Below, in pieces: positions 25,452 through 34,920 of a stretch of 64,000 bases of DNA. The stretch covers positions 21,973 to 85,972 of the forward strand of contig CAZWBW010000001.1 of NCBI GenBank assembly GCA_964632355.1, written 5' to 3'. This DNA comes from an uncultured Anaerolineaceae bacterium (GTDB taxonomy: Bacteria; Chloroflexota; Dehalococcoidia; Tepidiformales; Tepidiformaceae). A model generated the notes under the pieces. It had not been told where the DNA came from. It saw nothing but the letters and a program-made list of their open reading frames with translations, and did no database searches. The position numbers and the translations under genes were made by a program. How positions within the stretch are numbered: the stretch's first letter is position 1; every line of letters begins with the position of its first letter.

Positions 25452-26150
25452 GTGATGAGCGCGCTTCCCGCCCCCGAGGAAAAGGCCGTCGCGGTTCGCC
25501 GCATGTTCGACCGCATCGCGCCGCGGTACGACTGGATGAACCGCCTGATGACCGGCCGCATGGATCAGCGCTGGCGAAAGGAGCTCATTCGCCGCCTGGC
25601 CATCACCGATGACGACCACGTGCTGGACCTGGCATGCGGCACGGGCGACTTCGCGGAACTCGCCCGGCTCGAAACCCGCCACGTCGTCGGACTGGACTTC
25701 TCGCGCGAGATGCTTCGCGGCGCCCTTGCACGCCGGCTGGCGCCCGTCCAACTCGTACAGGCCGATGCCCTCCGCCTGCCACTTCGCGACGGCAGCATGA
25801 CGGTCGCGGTCTCCGGGTTCGCCCTGCGGAACTTCACCGCAATCCCGCCCGTGCTGGCTGAACTCGCGCGGGTGCTCGCTCCCGGCGGCCGCCTCGGGCT
25901 GCTCGAAGTCGATGAACCACGAAACCCGCTCATTCGAACCGGGCACCGCCTCTACTTCGAAAAGGTCGTGCCCTTCCTCGGTGGCCTGCTGTCTGACCGC
26001 TCCGCGTACGAGTACCTGCCGCAGTCAACGGTGTATTTGCCTCCCCAGGCGGAACTCGTGGCGATGCTGCGCGACGCCGGGTTTAAGCAGATCCGGAAGC
26101 GCCGCCACCTTTTCGGCGCTGCACAATCCATTACGGCGGTGCGCGCGTGA
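25452..26150 (+). CDS. menG: Demethylmenaquinone/ubiquinone methyltransferase
   Basis: It has the UbiE/MenG N-terminus (VRRMFDRIAPRYDWMNRLMT) and the SAM motif VLDLACGTGD. Confidence 0.88.
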   Translation: MMSALPAPEEKAVAVRRMFDRIAPRYDWMNRLMTGRMDQRWRKELIRRLAITDDDHVLDLACGTGDFAELARLETRHVVGLDFSREMLRGALARRLAPVQLVQADALRLPLRDGSMTVAVSGFALRNFTAIPPVLAELARVLAPGGRLGLLEVDEPRNPLIRTGHRLYFEKVVPFLGGLLSDRSAYEYLPQSTVYLPPQAELVAMLRDAGFKQIRKRRHLFGAAQSITAVRA

Positions 26151-27052
26151 CCACAGCAGCAGTCGGTAACCGCCCGAGCAAACTGCAGGCGTGGCGGCTT
26201 GCCGTCCGTCCGCCGACCCTGACCGCGGCCATCGCACCGGTGGCGGTCGGCACCGGCACCGCAATCGCCGCAGACGGCTTTTCGTTGCTGCCGATGCTGG
26301 CTGCGCTCTTCGGCGCGATCTGCCTTCAGATCGGTGCGAACTTCGCGAACGACCTCTTCGACTTCAAGCGCGGCGCCGACACCCACGAGCGGCTTGGTCC
26401 GCCGCGTGTCACACAGCTCGGGCTGCTCTCCCAGCGCGAGATCATCGCGGGGATGTGGGTCGTCTTCGGCCTCGCGTTCCTCGCCGGCATCTATCTCGTC
26501 GCGGTCGGCGGGTGGCCCATTGTCGCCGTCGGGCTCGCGAGCATCGTCGCCGCGCTCATCTACACGGGCGGCCCCTGGCCCATCGGCTACCACGCCCTCG
26601 GCGACCTGTTCACGTTCGTGTTCTTTGGCGTTGTGGCAGTGGCGGGCACGCACTACGTGCAGGCAGGCGATGTGTCGCGGCTCGCGTGGTTGGCGTCTCT
26701 GCCGATGGGCTGCACGGTCACGATGATCCTTGTCGTGAACAACCTTCGCGACATCGAAACCGACCGGGTCGCCGGGAAGACCACGCTCGCCGTTGTGCTG
26801 GGGCGAAACGGCACCCGCGCCTGGTACCTGTTCCTGCTCGGGGCAGCCTACGTTCTCGCGCTCGGGACGATGCTCGCCGGGGCGTCCCCCGCCGTGCTGC
26901 TCGTCCTGCTGTCCCTTCCCGCCGTGCTGCCGTCGATCCGCGCGATCATCGGCGATGTTCGAGGACCGGCGCTGAACCCGGTTCTCAAGAACACCGCACA
27001 GTTCGACCTGGTGTTCGGTCTGCTCGTTGCGGTCGGGCTGGCGCTGTCGTAG
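26147..27052 (+). CDS. menA: 1,4-dihydroxy-2-naphthoate polyprenyltransferase
   Basis: The GTG overlaps the menG stop (GTGA). It is a UbiA-family polytopic protein with NDLFDFKRGAD and NNLRDIETD aspartate-rich motifs. Confidence 0.88.
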   Translation: MTTAAVGNRPSKLQAWRLAVRPPTLTAAIAPVAVGTGTAIAADGFSLLPMLAALFGAICLQIGANFANDLFDFKRGADTHERLGPPRVTQLGLLSQREIIAGMWVVFGLAFLAGIYLVAVGGWPIVAVGLASIVAALIYTGGPWPIGYHALGDLFTFVFFGVVAVAGTHYVQAGDVSRLAWLASLPMGCTVTMILVVNNLRDIETDRVAGKTTLAVVLGRNGTRAWYLFLLGAAYVLALGTMLAGASPAVLLVLLSLPAVLPSIRAIIGDVRGPALNPVLKNTAQFDLVFGLLVAVGLALS

Positions 27053-27062
27053 CGGGGCGCTG

Positions 27063-28232
27063 CTACAGCACCGGCGTCTCGCGCTTCGTGTCTTGCGACT
27101 GGATCGGCTCGTCCGGCGCGAGCGACTCTGCAAGCTGCACCCGTTCGATGAGCTCCCGGCGCGTCACCAGTCCGATCATCCGGCCCTCTTCGAGCACCGG
27201 CACCTGGTTTAGGCCCTTCTCGGCCAACAGGTGGAGCACATCGATCGCCGGCGTCTCCGCGTCGACCGTCACGATCCGGTCACGCGGCGTCATCGCCCCC
27301 TGGACCGGGGTGTTCGCCCACTCACTCCGGGGCACCCGCCGGATGTCCGTCACGGTCACGATGCCGCCCACAATTCCGTCCTGTGCGACGATCACCGCCC
27401 GCTCGCCGTGACCGACCATGAAGTCGTCGGCGACTTCCGCCAGCGACACGCCCGGGGTCACCTGCGGGAAGTCCTCGCGCATGAGGTTTCGCGCCTTCAG
27501 CCCCGAGAGGATGGTGTCGAGCTGCATGCTCGCCGTCTCGGCGCGAGCCGCGCTTAGCAGGAACCAGCCTATGAACATCAGCCACAGGCCATCGAGCACG
27601 AGCCCGCCCAGCAGCAGAAACACCCCGATGCCCATGAGTCCGTAGCCGAACAGCTCCCCGACCCCGCTCGCGATCCGCGTCGCGCGGCGGAAGCTCTTCG
27701 TTCGCCCCCACACAATCGAGCGAAGTACCCGCCCGCCATCGAGCGGGAACCCGGGCAGGAAGTTGAACAGCGCGAGCAGCGTGTTCACGACGGCGAGGTA
27801 GCCGAAGATGGCCCCTGCCTGCTCCTGTGTCCCCCGGAAGATAAACCATGCGACCAGCGACACTGCCGCGATAACAAGGCTCGACGCAGGCCCGGCCGCA
27901 GCGATGGCGAACTCCTCTCCGGCCGTCTTCGGCTGGCTTCCCAGGCTGGAAACCCCGCCGAACACGAAGAGCGTGATCTTCGGTACCGGGATGCCACGCC
28001 GCTGCGCAGTGATGGCGTGTGCGAGTTCGTGGATGAGCACCGTCACGAACAGCAGCACCGCCGAGATGAGACCGATGGCCCAGTACGTGCCGCGGCTCCA
28101 CGTTTCGTACCGGTTGGGGAACACCCCCTCGGCCAGCGTGTACGAGAGCAGCGCGACGATGATCAGCCACGACGGGTGAATCTCGATAGCGATGCCCCGG
28201 ATGGTTGCAATTCGAAAAGACCCTCCGAGCAT
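27063..28232 (-). CDS. Site-2 protease (peptidase M50) with CBS-domain pair
   Basis: It has the HELAH zinc motif and the LPGFPLDGG motif. The C-terminal tandem CBS region includes VPVLEEGRMIGLVTRREL. Confidence 0.88.
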   Translation of the reverse strand: MLGGSFRIATIRGIAIEIHPSWLIIVALLSYTLAEGVFPNRYETWSRGTYWAIGLISAVLLFVTVLIHELAHAITAQRRGIPVPKITLFVFGGVSSLGSQPKTAGEEFAIAAAGPASSLVIAAVSLVAWFIFRGTQEQAGAIFGYLAVVNTLLALFNFLPGFPLDGGRVLRSIVWGRTKSFRRATRIASGVGELFGYGLMGIGVFLLLGGLVLDGLWLMFIGWFLLSAARAETASMQLDTILSGLKARNLMREDFPQVTPGVSLAEVADDFMVGHGERAVIVAQDGIVGGIVTVTDIRRVPRSEWANTPVQGAMTPRDRIVTVDAETPAIDVLHLLAEKGLNQVPVLEEGRMIGLVTRRELIERVQLAESLAPDEPIQSQDTKRETPVL

Positions 28233-28357
28233 GGCCTGAGCCTACTGCACTCGCATACGTGCTTTCTAGATCCCCGGATCGTTCGATAGCAACTCGTGCA
28301 CCCGGCGTCAGCCTCTGTCGCACTCCCCGCATAGCGTCGCGTCAGGAGGTGTCTTCG

Positions 28358-28672
28358 TTGGCGCACCAGGACGACCGGGCGACGGGCTGGTTTTCGTGGA
28401 AGTGGTTCGGCTTGGGGATGCTGCTGGGCTTCCTCTGGGGGCTTTGGCGCCATCCAGGAAGCGCCTGCTGTTGCCTGGTGCTGCTTCTTCTCCTCGCAGC
28501 CCTGGCGGTGACGGTCTTGCTCACGATGGTGTGGATGCACCCGGGGTTCGCGCTGGTCGTCCTATTGATGTACCTGCTGGGGCCCGCCGCTCTCGTGAAC
28601 AGCGCACGTCCTAGCCGCCCATATTCACGAGCCGTCTCCCACTCGATACGTTCCGGTAATGACGGAACCTAA
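28358..28672 (+). CDS. Small hypothetical membrane protein
   Basis: AGGAGG lies 8 nt upstream of an in-frame TTG. There are two predicted TM helices and reasonable third-position GC. I recognise no family. Confidence 0.3.
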   Translation: MAHQDDRATGWFSWKWFGLGMLLGFLWGLWRHPGSACCCLVLLLLLAALAVTVLLTMVWMHPGFALVVLLMYLLGPAALVNSARPSRPYSRAVSHSIRSGNDGT

Positions 28673-28720
28673 TGGAAGTAAGCGGCCAGCTAAGCACTTC
28701 CGCTATACTTCATCCCCACG

Positions 28721-29890
28721 GTGTTCATTTTCGACCTGCAGCTCGCGAATTTTCGCAACTACGGCCAGGTGCAACTCTCCCTGGATCGCGGGCTGAATGT
28801 TTTCGTCGGAGACAACGCACAGGGCAAGAGCAACCTACTGGAAGCGATCTATCTGCTCTCGACTCTTCGCTCCAGTCGCGCCAGCTCCGACTCCGACCTC
28901 GTGCGCCGCGACGTGCTGGCGAGTGATTTCCCGGTCGCTCGTCTCGCCTGCCAGGTCGAACGTTCCGCGGGAAACCTTCAGCTCGAAGTCGCGATCGTTG
29001 GCCGCACTACCGATTCGTCCCACCGCGCCGGTAAACGTGTGCGCGTGAACGGCGTCTCCAGGCGCGCATCCGAAGCGGTCGGCCAACTCTGCGCGGTCTT
29101 GTTCACTACGCTTGACATCGAAATCGTCGCCGGCCCGCCACTGCTTCGCCGCCGTTACCTCGACATGATGATCTCGCAGGTGGACCGCGGGTACCTGCGA
29201 GCGATGCAGAAGTACGCCCGCGTCCTCCAGCAACGAAACAGCCTGCTCAAGCGCATCCAGGCGCGCGAAGCCTCCGCCGCCGAACTCGGGTTCTGGGACC
29301 AGGAACTCGCCCACGCCGGCGGCATCATCATGCTGGCCCGCGCGAACGCGCTCGGCCGCCTCGCGACCGAAGGCGGCCTCCAGATGCGGCGCCTCAGCGA
29401 CGAAACCGAGACGCTCACGCTTACCTACCGCCCGGCGCTGGCCGGCCTGGACGAGCGCGACTGCCCGATCGACGAGACGGAGTGGACGGCGCGGATGCTG
29501 CGGTCGCTTTCGAACCTGCGGCCTCGCGAAATCGCCGCGGGCGCGACCCTTGTGGGCCCTCACCGTGACGACGTGACGGTCGAAATCAACGAGCTCCCCG
29601 CCCACTCGTTCGCCTCGCGTGCGCAGCAGCGAACCGCTGCGCTCTCGCTGCGCCTCGCCGAAGCCAGCTACCTCCGCGACTGCCTCGGCGACGACCCGGT
29701 GGTCCTCCTCGACGACGTGCTCAGCGAGCTCGATGCCCGCCGCCGCAGGGGAGTACTCGAGTACTTCGACAGCTTCCAGCAGACCATCGTGACTACCGCA
29801 GACCCCGACCGGGTCAGCGACGTGCTGACCCGCGCCTCCGGCCGGTTCGTCGTGACGGCCGGAGCTATCCACCGCTTCGAAGGAGAGTAG
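28721..29890 (+). CDS. recF: DNA replication and repair protein RecF
   Basis: The gene has a GTG start. The N-terminus LANFRNY...GLNVFVGDNAQGKSNLLEAI carries the Walker A motif. The C-terminus has VVLLDDVLSELD (Walker B). Confidence 0.9.
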   Translation: MFIFDLQLANFRNYGQVQLSLDRGLNVFVGDNAQGKSNLLEAIYLLSTLRSSRASSDSDLVRRDVLASDFPVARLACQVERSAGNLQLEVAIVGRTTDSSHRAGKRVRVNGVSRRASEAVGQLCAVLFTTLDIEIVAGPPLLRRRYLDMMISQVDRGYLRAMQKYARVLQQRNSLLKRIQAREASAAELGFWDQELAHAGGIIMLARANALGRLATEGGLQMRRLSDETETLTLTYRPALAGLDERDCPIDETEWTARMLRSLSNLRPREIAAGATLVGPHRDDVTVEINELPAHSFASRAQQRTAALSLRLAEASYLRDCLGDDPVVLLDDVLSELDARRRRGVLEYFDSFQQTIVTTADPDRVSDVLTRASGRFVVTAGAIHRFEGE

Positions 29891-29933
29891 GTCCATCCGT
29901 CGCCGTGGGACCGTCGCCGGGCTGGCTGTTGTC

Positions 29934-31205
29934 GTGGGAGCGTTCGGCTTCCTCGCCGGCATCCTGATCCTGTTCGCAATCCCCGCCATCGAAGGCGACG
30001 ACCCGGAGTCACGCCTCTACGAGCTGAACCTCGTGATCGGGTCCGCGCTTGTGTACGGGGGCGGAGGAGCACTGTTGCTGGTGCAGGCGGCGTCCGCGCT
30101 CGGCGGGACCAGTTCGTCGCCCCTCCGTACACGCTGGATCTGGTACGCCATCCCGCTGTTCCCGCTGCTCGTCATCGTCGGCCAGCTCATCGCGAACAAC
30201 CCGGAGCGCCTGCCGTGGCTCTTCCCGTTCGTGAATGCGGCGATGGTTGCCATACCCTCGCTCACCATCGCGGGCCTGGTGACGAAGCGCTATCTACGCG
30301 CGAACCCGTGGGCCTGGCCGCTGAGCTGGCGCGAATGGACGAGCGCCATCATCTACGGCGCGGTGGGCGCCACCACCGCCGCGGGGCTCATCAACACCGG
30401 GTACCTCGCGTTCATCGGCGGCGTGCTGGTGGAACGGCATGGAAACCCTGATCTTCCCGACGCCGCCGACCAGCTCGCGTCGCTCCCACAGGGTTGGGGC
30501 ATCTTCCTCGACCTCTCGACGCTGTCCGTCATCGCCCCACTCAACGAGGAGCTCTTCAAGGCGCTCATCGTGGCGCTGTTCTTCTTCCGCCGCGGTGGTC
30601 CCGCTCGCTGTTTCACCTGGGGCGTACTCGCAGGGACAGGCTTCAACCTGCTCGAGACGTTCACCAATAGCATCGTCGTCGTCGACCCGTCGCTGCAGAA
30701 CAGCGAGGAGGTCCTTGGCGCCTGGTGGCTGTTCGCTGTCGCCCGTGCGGGTACGGCAGCGATGCACGGACTCGCTGCTGGCCTCGGCGCCCTCATGTTC
30801 TATGGGCTGCTCCGCGGCCGCCCGCGCTACCTCATCGGCTACCCGGCCGCGGTGCTCCTCCACGGCACATGGAACTTCCTCGTGTACATGGTCGAAGGCG
30901 ACACCATCTTCAGCCGCCAGGGGCCCGATTCCCCGCTCCTTGATGTTGCCGGGAGCCTCGGCCTGGTCGCCGTCGCCATTCTTACCGTACTCATGCTGTG
31001 GCTGCTGTCCGGGCAACTCCGTGATGGCGCCCCCGCCCCGATCTACCGCCTGCTCGGGATGGTCCCGGCGGAAAGTCTGCCCCCGTCCCGGGGCGAGCGG
31101 GACAGGGTAGCGATCGAAACGGCGAGTCTCTCAGGCCCGGCGACCCTCATCGGCCGCGTACACGATGTCCCCACGGCAGACCGTGGCCGCCACTTCGAGA
31201 CGTGA
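29934..31205 (+). CDS. PrsW-family intramembrane metalloprotease
   Basis: It is polytopic, with the EELFK motif (NEELFKALIV) and HGTWN (LLHGTWNFL). The last 75 nt overlap convergent nagA. Confidence 0.7.
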   Translation: MGAFGFLAGILILFAIPAIEGDDPESRLYELNLVIGSALVYGGGGALLLVQAASALGGTSSSPLRTRWIWYAIPLFPLLVIVGQLIANNPERLPWLFPFVNAAMVAIPSLTIAGLVTKRYLRANPWAWPLSWREWTSAIIYGAVGATTAAGLINTGYLAFIGGVLVERHGNPDLPDAADQLASLPQGWGIFLDLSTLSVIAPLNEELFKALIVALFFFRRGGPARCFTWGVLAGTGFNLLETFTNSIVVVDPSLQNSEEVLGAWWLFAVARAGTAAMHGLAAGLGALMFYGLLRGRPRYLIGYPAAVLLHGTWNFLVYMVEGDTIFSRQGPDSPLLDVAGSLGLVAVAILTVLMLWLLSGQLRDGAPAPIYRLLGMVPAESLPPSRGERDRVAIETASLSGPATLIGRVHDVPTADRGRHFET

Positions 31206-32303
31206 GTTCAGCATCACCAGGTCGGCGTCGTATCCGCGGTCGATGACGCCCTTGCGCTTCGCAGCTCCCGCGACGCGTGCAGGGTTCGTCGCAGTCAGCC
31301 GGAACCCCGTCCCCAGGTCCACCCCGAGGATCGCGACCGCGTTTCGGAACTGCTGATCCATGGTCGCGACGCTCCCCACGATCGTTCCGTCCGTGCGGCG
31401 CGCCACGCCGCTCTCGAGTTCGATGTCCATCCCCGCGAAATGGCCGGTGCCGCTCCGCGTTCCGGCGAGGTGCAGGTTGTCGGTGACGACGACGGTGCGG
31501 TTCGGCCCCAGCACGCGGTAGGCCAGCCGCAGCATCTCGGGAGAGACGTGCACGCCATCGCACACCAACTCACACGTCGCGTCCTCGCGGAGCAGTGCCG
31601 CCGCAATGGCGCCGCCCTCGCGCTGGTGAAGCGGCCGCATGGCGTTGAACAGGTGCGTCACGTGCCGCGCTCCCGCATCGAACGCCGCCTGCGCCTCCTC
31701 GAACGTCGCATCTGTGTGACCGATGGCCGCGACCGCGCCGCTCCCAACGATCGCCGCGACGAGCGAGTGGGCGCCCGGGAGTTCGGGCGCGAACGTCACC
31801 TGCCGGATGTGCCCCCGCGCCGCCTCCTGGTACCGCAGGAATTCTTCGCGCACGGGTTCGCGCAGCATGTCGGGGTGGAACGCGCCACAGCGCGTTGGAT
31901 TCAGGAACGGCCCCTCGAGGTGGAAGCCAAGCACCTCGGCCGCGGGCGAATGCACGCCGATGGCCGGTTCGAGGCTCGAAAGGATCGCCGCTGTTTCGTC
32001 CGCGTTCGGGCCCACCGTGCTCACGAGGAACGAAGTCACGCCGTTGCGGGGCGCCCACGCCGCGTACGCTGTGACCTCGCGCGGATCGGTAGAGAAGAAC
32101 GAGTGTCCGTTTCCGCCGTGGACGTGGACATCCACGAAGCCCGGCCCGACCGTAAGCCCGTTCGCGTTAAACTGCGTTGCTCCATCCGCTTCGAGCCCGC
32201 GGCCGATTGCCACGATCCGATGGCCGTCGCAAAGCAGGTCGCAGCGCGACGGACCGGATGGAAGCGCCAGGACTGCATCCTTTATCAGCAGTTTGTTTGG
32301 CAT
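31131..32303 (-). CDS. nagA: N-acetylglucosamine-6-phosphate deacetylase
   Basis: The motifs GFVDVHVHGGNGHSF, IGHTDATFEEA and THLFNAM are present. Length is 390 aa. Confidence 0.9.
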   Translation of the reverse strand: MPNKLLIKDAVLALPSGPSRCDLLCDGHRIVAIGRGLEADGATQFNANGLTVGPGFVDVHVHGGNGHSFFSTDPREVTAYAAWAPRNGVTSFLVSTVGPNADETAAILSSLEPAIGVHSPAAEVLGFHLEGPFLNPTRCGAFHPDMLREPVREEFLRYQEAARGHIRQVTFAPELPGAHSLVAAIVGSGAVAAIGHTDATFEEAQAAFDAGARHVTHLFNAMRPLHQREGGAIAAALLREDATCELVCDGVHVSPEMLRLAYRVLGPNRTVVVTDNLHLAGTRSGTGHFAGMDIELESGVARRTDGTIVGSVATMDQQFRNAVAILGVDLGTGFRLTATNPARVAGAAKRKGVIDRGYDADLVMLNSRLEVAATVCRGDIVYAADEGRRA

Positions 32304-32354
32304 ACCCTATCTTCCCTGACGGGGATCACCCCGTCACCTGCCCCGAGGAGCTGC

Positions 32355-33692
32355 ATGCAGGTTCCCCTGGCGCGATCGAGAATGGTGCAGGCAGGCTGGA
32401 TCGCCGGCATTGTCTGGCTCACTATCGCCAGCGTCTACGTTTGCCTCCTCACCTATCAGCGGATCGACGAGTACCTCTTCCCCGGCAACGAACTCTCGAT
32501 CCCCTCGGTCCCTGCGTTCGTTCCCGGCACGAACATCGGTGTCGATGTCTCGCTTCCCGGTATCACCCAGGATGAAGCGCCTCCGTGGACGCCGCGGGAA
32601 CAGCTGAACATCCTCGTGCTGGGGCTAGATCGCCGCCCCGAGGCGAGCCCGGACGAGCCAGCGCGCAGCGACACCATGTTCATCGCCTCGATCGACAAGG
32701 CAAGTGGCCGCGTGCAGATGCTCGCCATCCCGCGCGACCTCTGGGCCAACGTCCCGGCGAGCGACGAGCCCGATGTCTGGGGCGCCGCGAAGATCAACGC
32801 CGCCTACGCCTATGGCCAGCTCTACGGCTACCCGGGCGGTGGCCCCGCCGCAGCGGTCGCTGCTGTCGAGTACAACTACCACATCGATATCCACCACTAC
32901 GTGGTCATCGACTGGGTGGGCTTCGTGCGCCTCATCGATGCCCTCGGCGGCATCGATATCGTCGTTCCCGAAGCGGTCAGCGACTTCACCACCGACACCC
33001 TGAAGCCGTTCGAAAACGACACGGTCCAGGCCGGCGAGCAGCACATGAACGGCGAACAGGCCCTCGCCTACTCCCGGGTTCGCGTCGATGGCGACCTGAA
33101 GCGGATCGAGCGCCAGCAACTCGTCATCAAGGCCGCCGCACGCCGGGCGCTCTCGCTCGGGCTAATCACCCGGCTGCCCGAACTCTGGAGCTCCTACCGC
33201 GACGCCGTCGTCACCGATATCGATAGCGGCCTCATTCCCGGGTTCGCGTTGCTGGCTCGCAACCTCGACCTCGAGAACATCGAGAGCTTCTCCCTCGGCC
33301 CGGCGCTCTATTCCGGCATCGCCGAAGACGGCGCGCTTGTCTTGCTTCCGAACTTCGACGAGGTCTACGCCATCATCGACACGTTCCTGGCCGACCCGCG
33401 AGTCCGCGACGAGGCCCCGCAGATCCTCGTGCAGTATGCGCCCGGCGCCGCCGAGAGCGCCGAACAGGTGCGCGCACATCTCGCCGGCTACGGCATCCCT
33501 CCGCAGTGGATCACCCTCGCCGAATCCGACTCCCTCGAGCCGGGCATCTACAGCGTCACCGGCAAGGAATACACCACCGACAAGCTGCACGACCTGCTCG
33601 ATCTCCCTGGGGGTGAGTTGAATGGCGGTCCCCCGCCAACCGCCGACCTGGTCATCCAGGTCGCCGGCCCGGTCACGTTGAAGTCCCCTTAG
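32355..33692 (+). CDS. LCP (LytR-CpsA-Psr) family cell-envelope phosphotransferase with LytR_C-like C-terminal domain
   Basis: The ATG at 32355 follows GAGGAG. An N-terminal TM helix is followed by LNILVLGLDRR...RSDTMFIASID...LAIPRDLW, the LCP core. The upstream part of the 750-aa track ORF is antisense to nagA. Confidence 0.85.
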   Translation: MQVPLARSRMVQAGWIAGIVWLTIASVYVCLLTYQRIDEYLFPGNELSIPSVPAFVPGTNIGVDVSLPGITQDEAPPWTPREQLNILVLGLDRRPEASPDEPARSDTMFIASIDKASGRVQMLAIPRDLWANVPASDEPDVWGAAKINAAYAYGQLYGYPGGGPAAAVAAVEYNYHIDIHHYVVIDWVGFVRLIDALGGIDIVVPEAVSDFTTDTLKPFENDTVQAGEQHMNGEQALAYSRVRVDGDLKRIERQQLVIKAAARRALSLGLITRLPELWSSYRDAVVTDIDSGLIPGFALLARNLDLENIESFSLGPALYSGIAEDGALVLLPNFDEVYAIIDTFLADPRVRDEAPQILVQYAPGAAESAEQVRAHLAGYGIPPQWITLAESDSLEPGIYSVTGKEYTTDKLHDLLDLPGGELNGGPPPTADLVIQVAGPVTLKSP

Positions 33693-33734
33693 GTTCGCCC
33701 CAACGGCGCGGTGCGGGACATAATCGAGTAGTAG

Positions 33735-34406
33735 GTGACGTTCTCCGGAGCTGCCGTGGAGATTCCCCTGTTCCCGCTGCGCACGGTTCTCTTTCCCGGC
33801 ATGCCTCTCCCGCTCCAGGTGTTCGAAGAGCGGTATCTCGTGATGACCCGGGAACTCCTCGAGAGCGGAGGCACGTTCGGCGTGCTCCTTATCCGTGAGG
33901 GCGAAGAGGTTGGAGGTGGTGCGATTCCCTTTGACGTCGGCACCACGGCAACCATCGAACAGTGCCAGCAGGCCGCACCGAACCGCTTCCTGCTCACTGC
34001 ACGTGGGCAGCGCCGCTTTCGTCTCCTCCGCATGCTTCCGCCCCGCCCCTACCCGGCCGGCGAAGTCGAGTTCATGGACGACACCGAATCCGACGATCCC
34101 TTCGCCTTCGAGCTCGCCGAACAGGTGCGCTCCGTGTTCCCGGCGTACTTCGGACTCGCGCTTTCGCTTACCGACCAGTGGGCCCGCGGAATGTCGCTGC
34201 CCTCCGAGCCCCACGCACTCGTGAACTTCCTCGGCCCATGGCTCCAGGTCGACGAGCTCGAAAAACAGAAGCTGCTTGAAGTCCCCGACGCCGCCGGGCG
34301 TGTCACACTCCTCGCCGACCTGCTTGAGCGACTGCTCGAAGCGACCCGCCGCGAAGCCCATCGCCACCGGCTGCGGAAGTACCACGGGTTCGGCGCTCAG
34401 AACTGA
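33735..34406 (+). CDS. Lon N-terminal (LON substrate-binding) domain protein
   Basis: IPLFPLRTVLFPGMPLPLQVFEERY is the typical Lon N-domain start. There is no AAA or protease domain. Confidence 0.8.
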   Translation: MTFSGAAVEIPLFPLRTVLFPGMPLPLQVFEERYLVMTRELLESGGTFGVLLIREGEEVGGGAIPFDVGTTATIEQCQQAAPNRFLLTARGQRRFRLLRMLPPRPYPAGEVEFMDDTESDDPFAFELAEQVRSVFPAYFGLALSLTDQWARGMSLPSEPHALVNFLGPWLQVDELEKQKLLEVPDAAGRVTLLADLLERLLEATRREAHRHRLRKYHGFGAQN

Positions 34407-34446
34407 GCCGGTGGGGTGTAAGACCCCCGAACCCTATACTGCCCTC

Positions 34447-34920
34447 ATGGCGGATCAGCATGCGTTCGAACTCGCGACCGCAGACGAAGAGGAGACCCGC
34501 CGCGTCGGCGAGCGGCTTGGCCGCCTCCTTCGCAAAGGCGACGTTGTCCTCTTGAGCGGCGATCTCGGCACCGGGAAGACGTGCCTGACCCAGGGAATTG
34601 GCCGTGGCCTCGACTGTCCCCAGCAGGTGAACAGCCCTTCGTTCGTCCTGATGAACGAATACGCCGGCCGCGAACAGCTCTACCACGTCGACCTCTACCG
34701 CATCGAAGGCGTCGAAGAGCTCGACGACCTCGGCCTCTGGGATTACGCCGAGAAGGGCGTGCTGGTCATCGAATGGCCGGAACGCGGGGCAGACCTCCTC
34801 CCCGGCGACGGCCTGGTTATCGAACTGCGCTATGGGGATGTCGACCGCCAGCGGCGGTTGCGTTTCCTGCCACGCGGACCCCGCGGCGAAGAGCTCGTGG
34901 AGTCCCTTCGCGCCGCGTGA
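34447..34920 (+). CDS. tsaE: tRNA t6A37 biosynthesis ATPase TsaE
   Basis: The sequence GDLGTGKTCLTQGIGRGL...SPSFVLMNEY...YHVDLYR matches TsaE. Confidence 0.88.
   Translation: MADQHAFELATADEEETRRVGERLGRLLRKGDVVLLSGDLGTGKTCLTQGIGRGLDCPQQVNSPSFVLMNEYAGREQLYHVDLYRIEGVEELDDLGLWDYAEKGVLVIEWPERGADLLPGDGLVIELRYGDVDRQRRLRFLPRGPRGEELVESLRAA

Noticed and set aside
31440-32354. The N-terminal 305 codons of the 750-aa track ORF that contains the LCP gene.
   Set aside because: This part is antisense to nagA and has shadow-frame composition. A GAGGAG RBS plus the ATG at 32355 begins a normal TM-anchored LCP protein.
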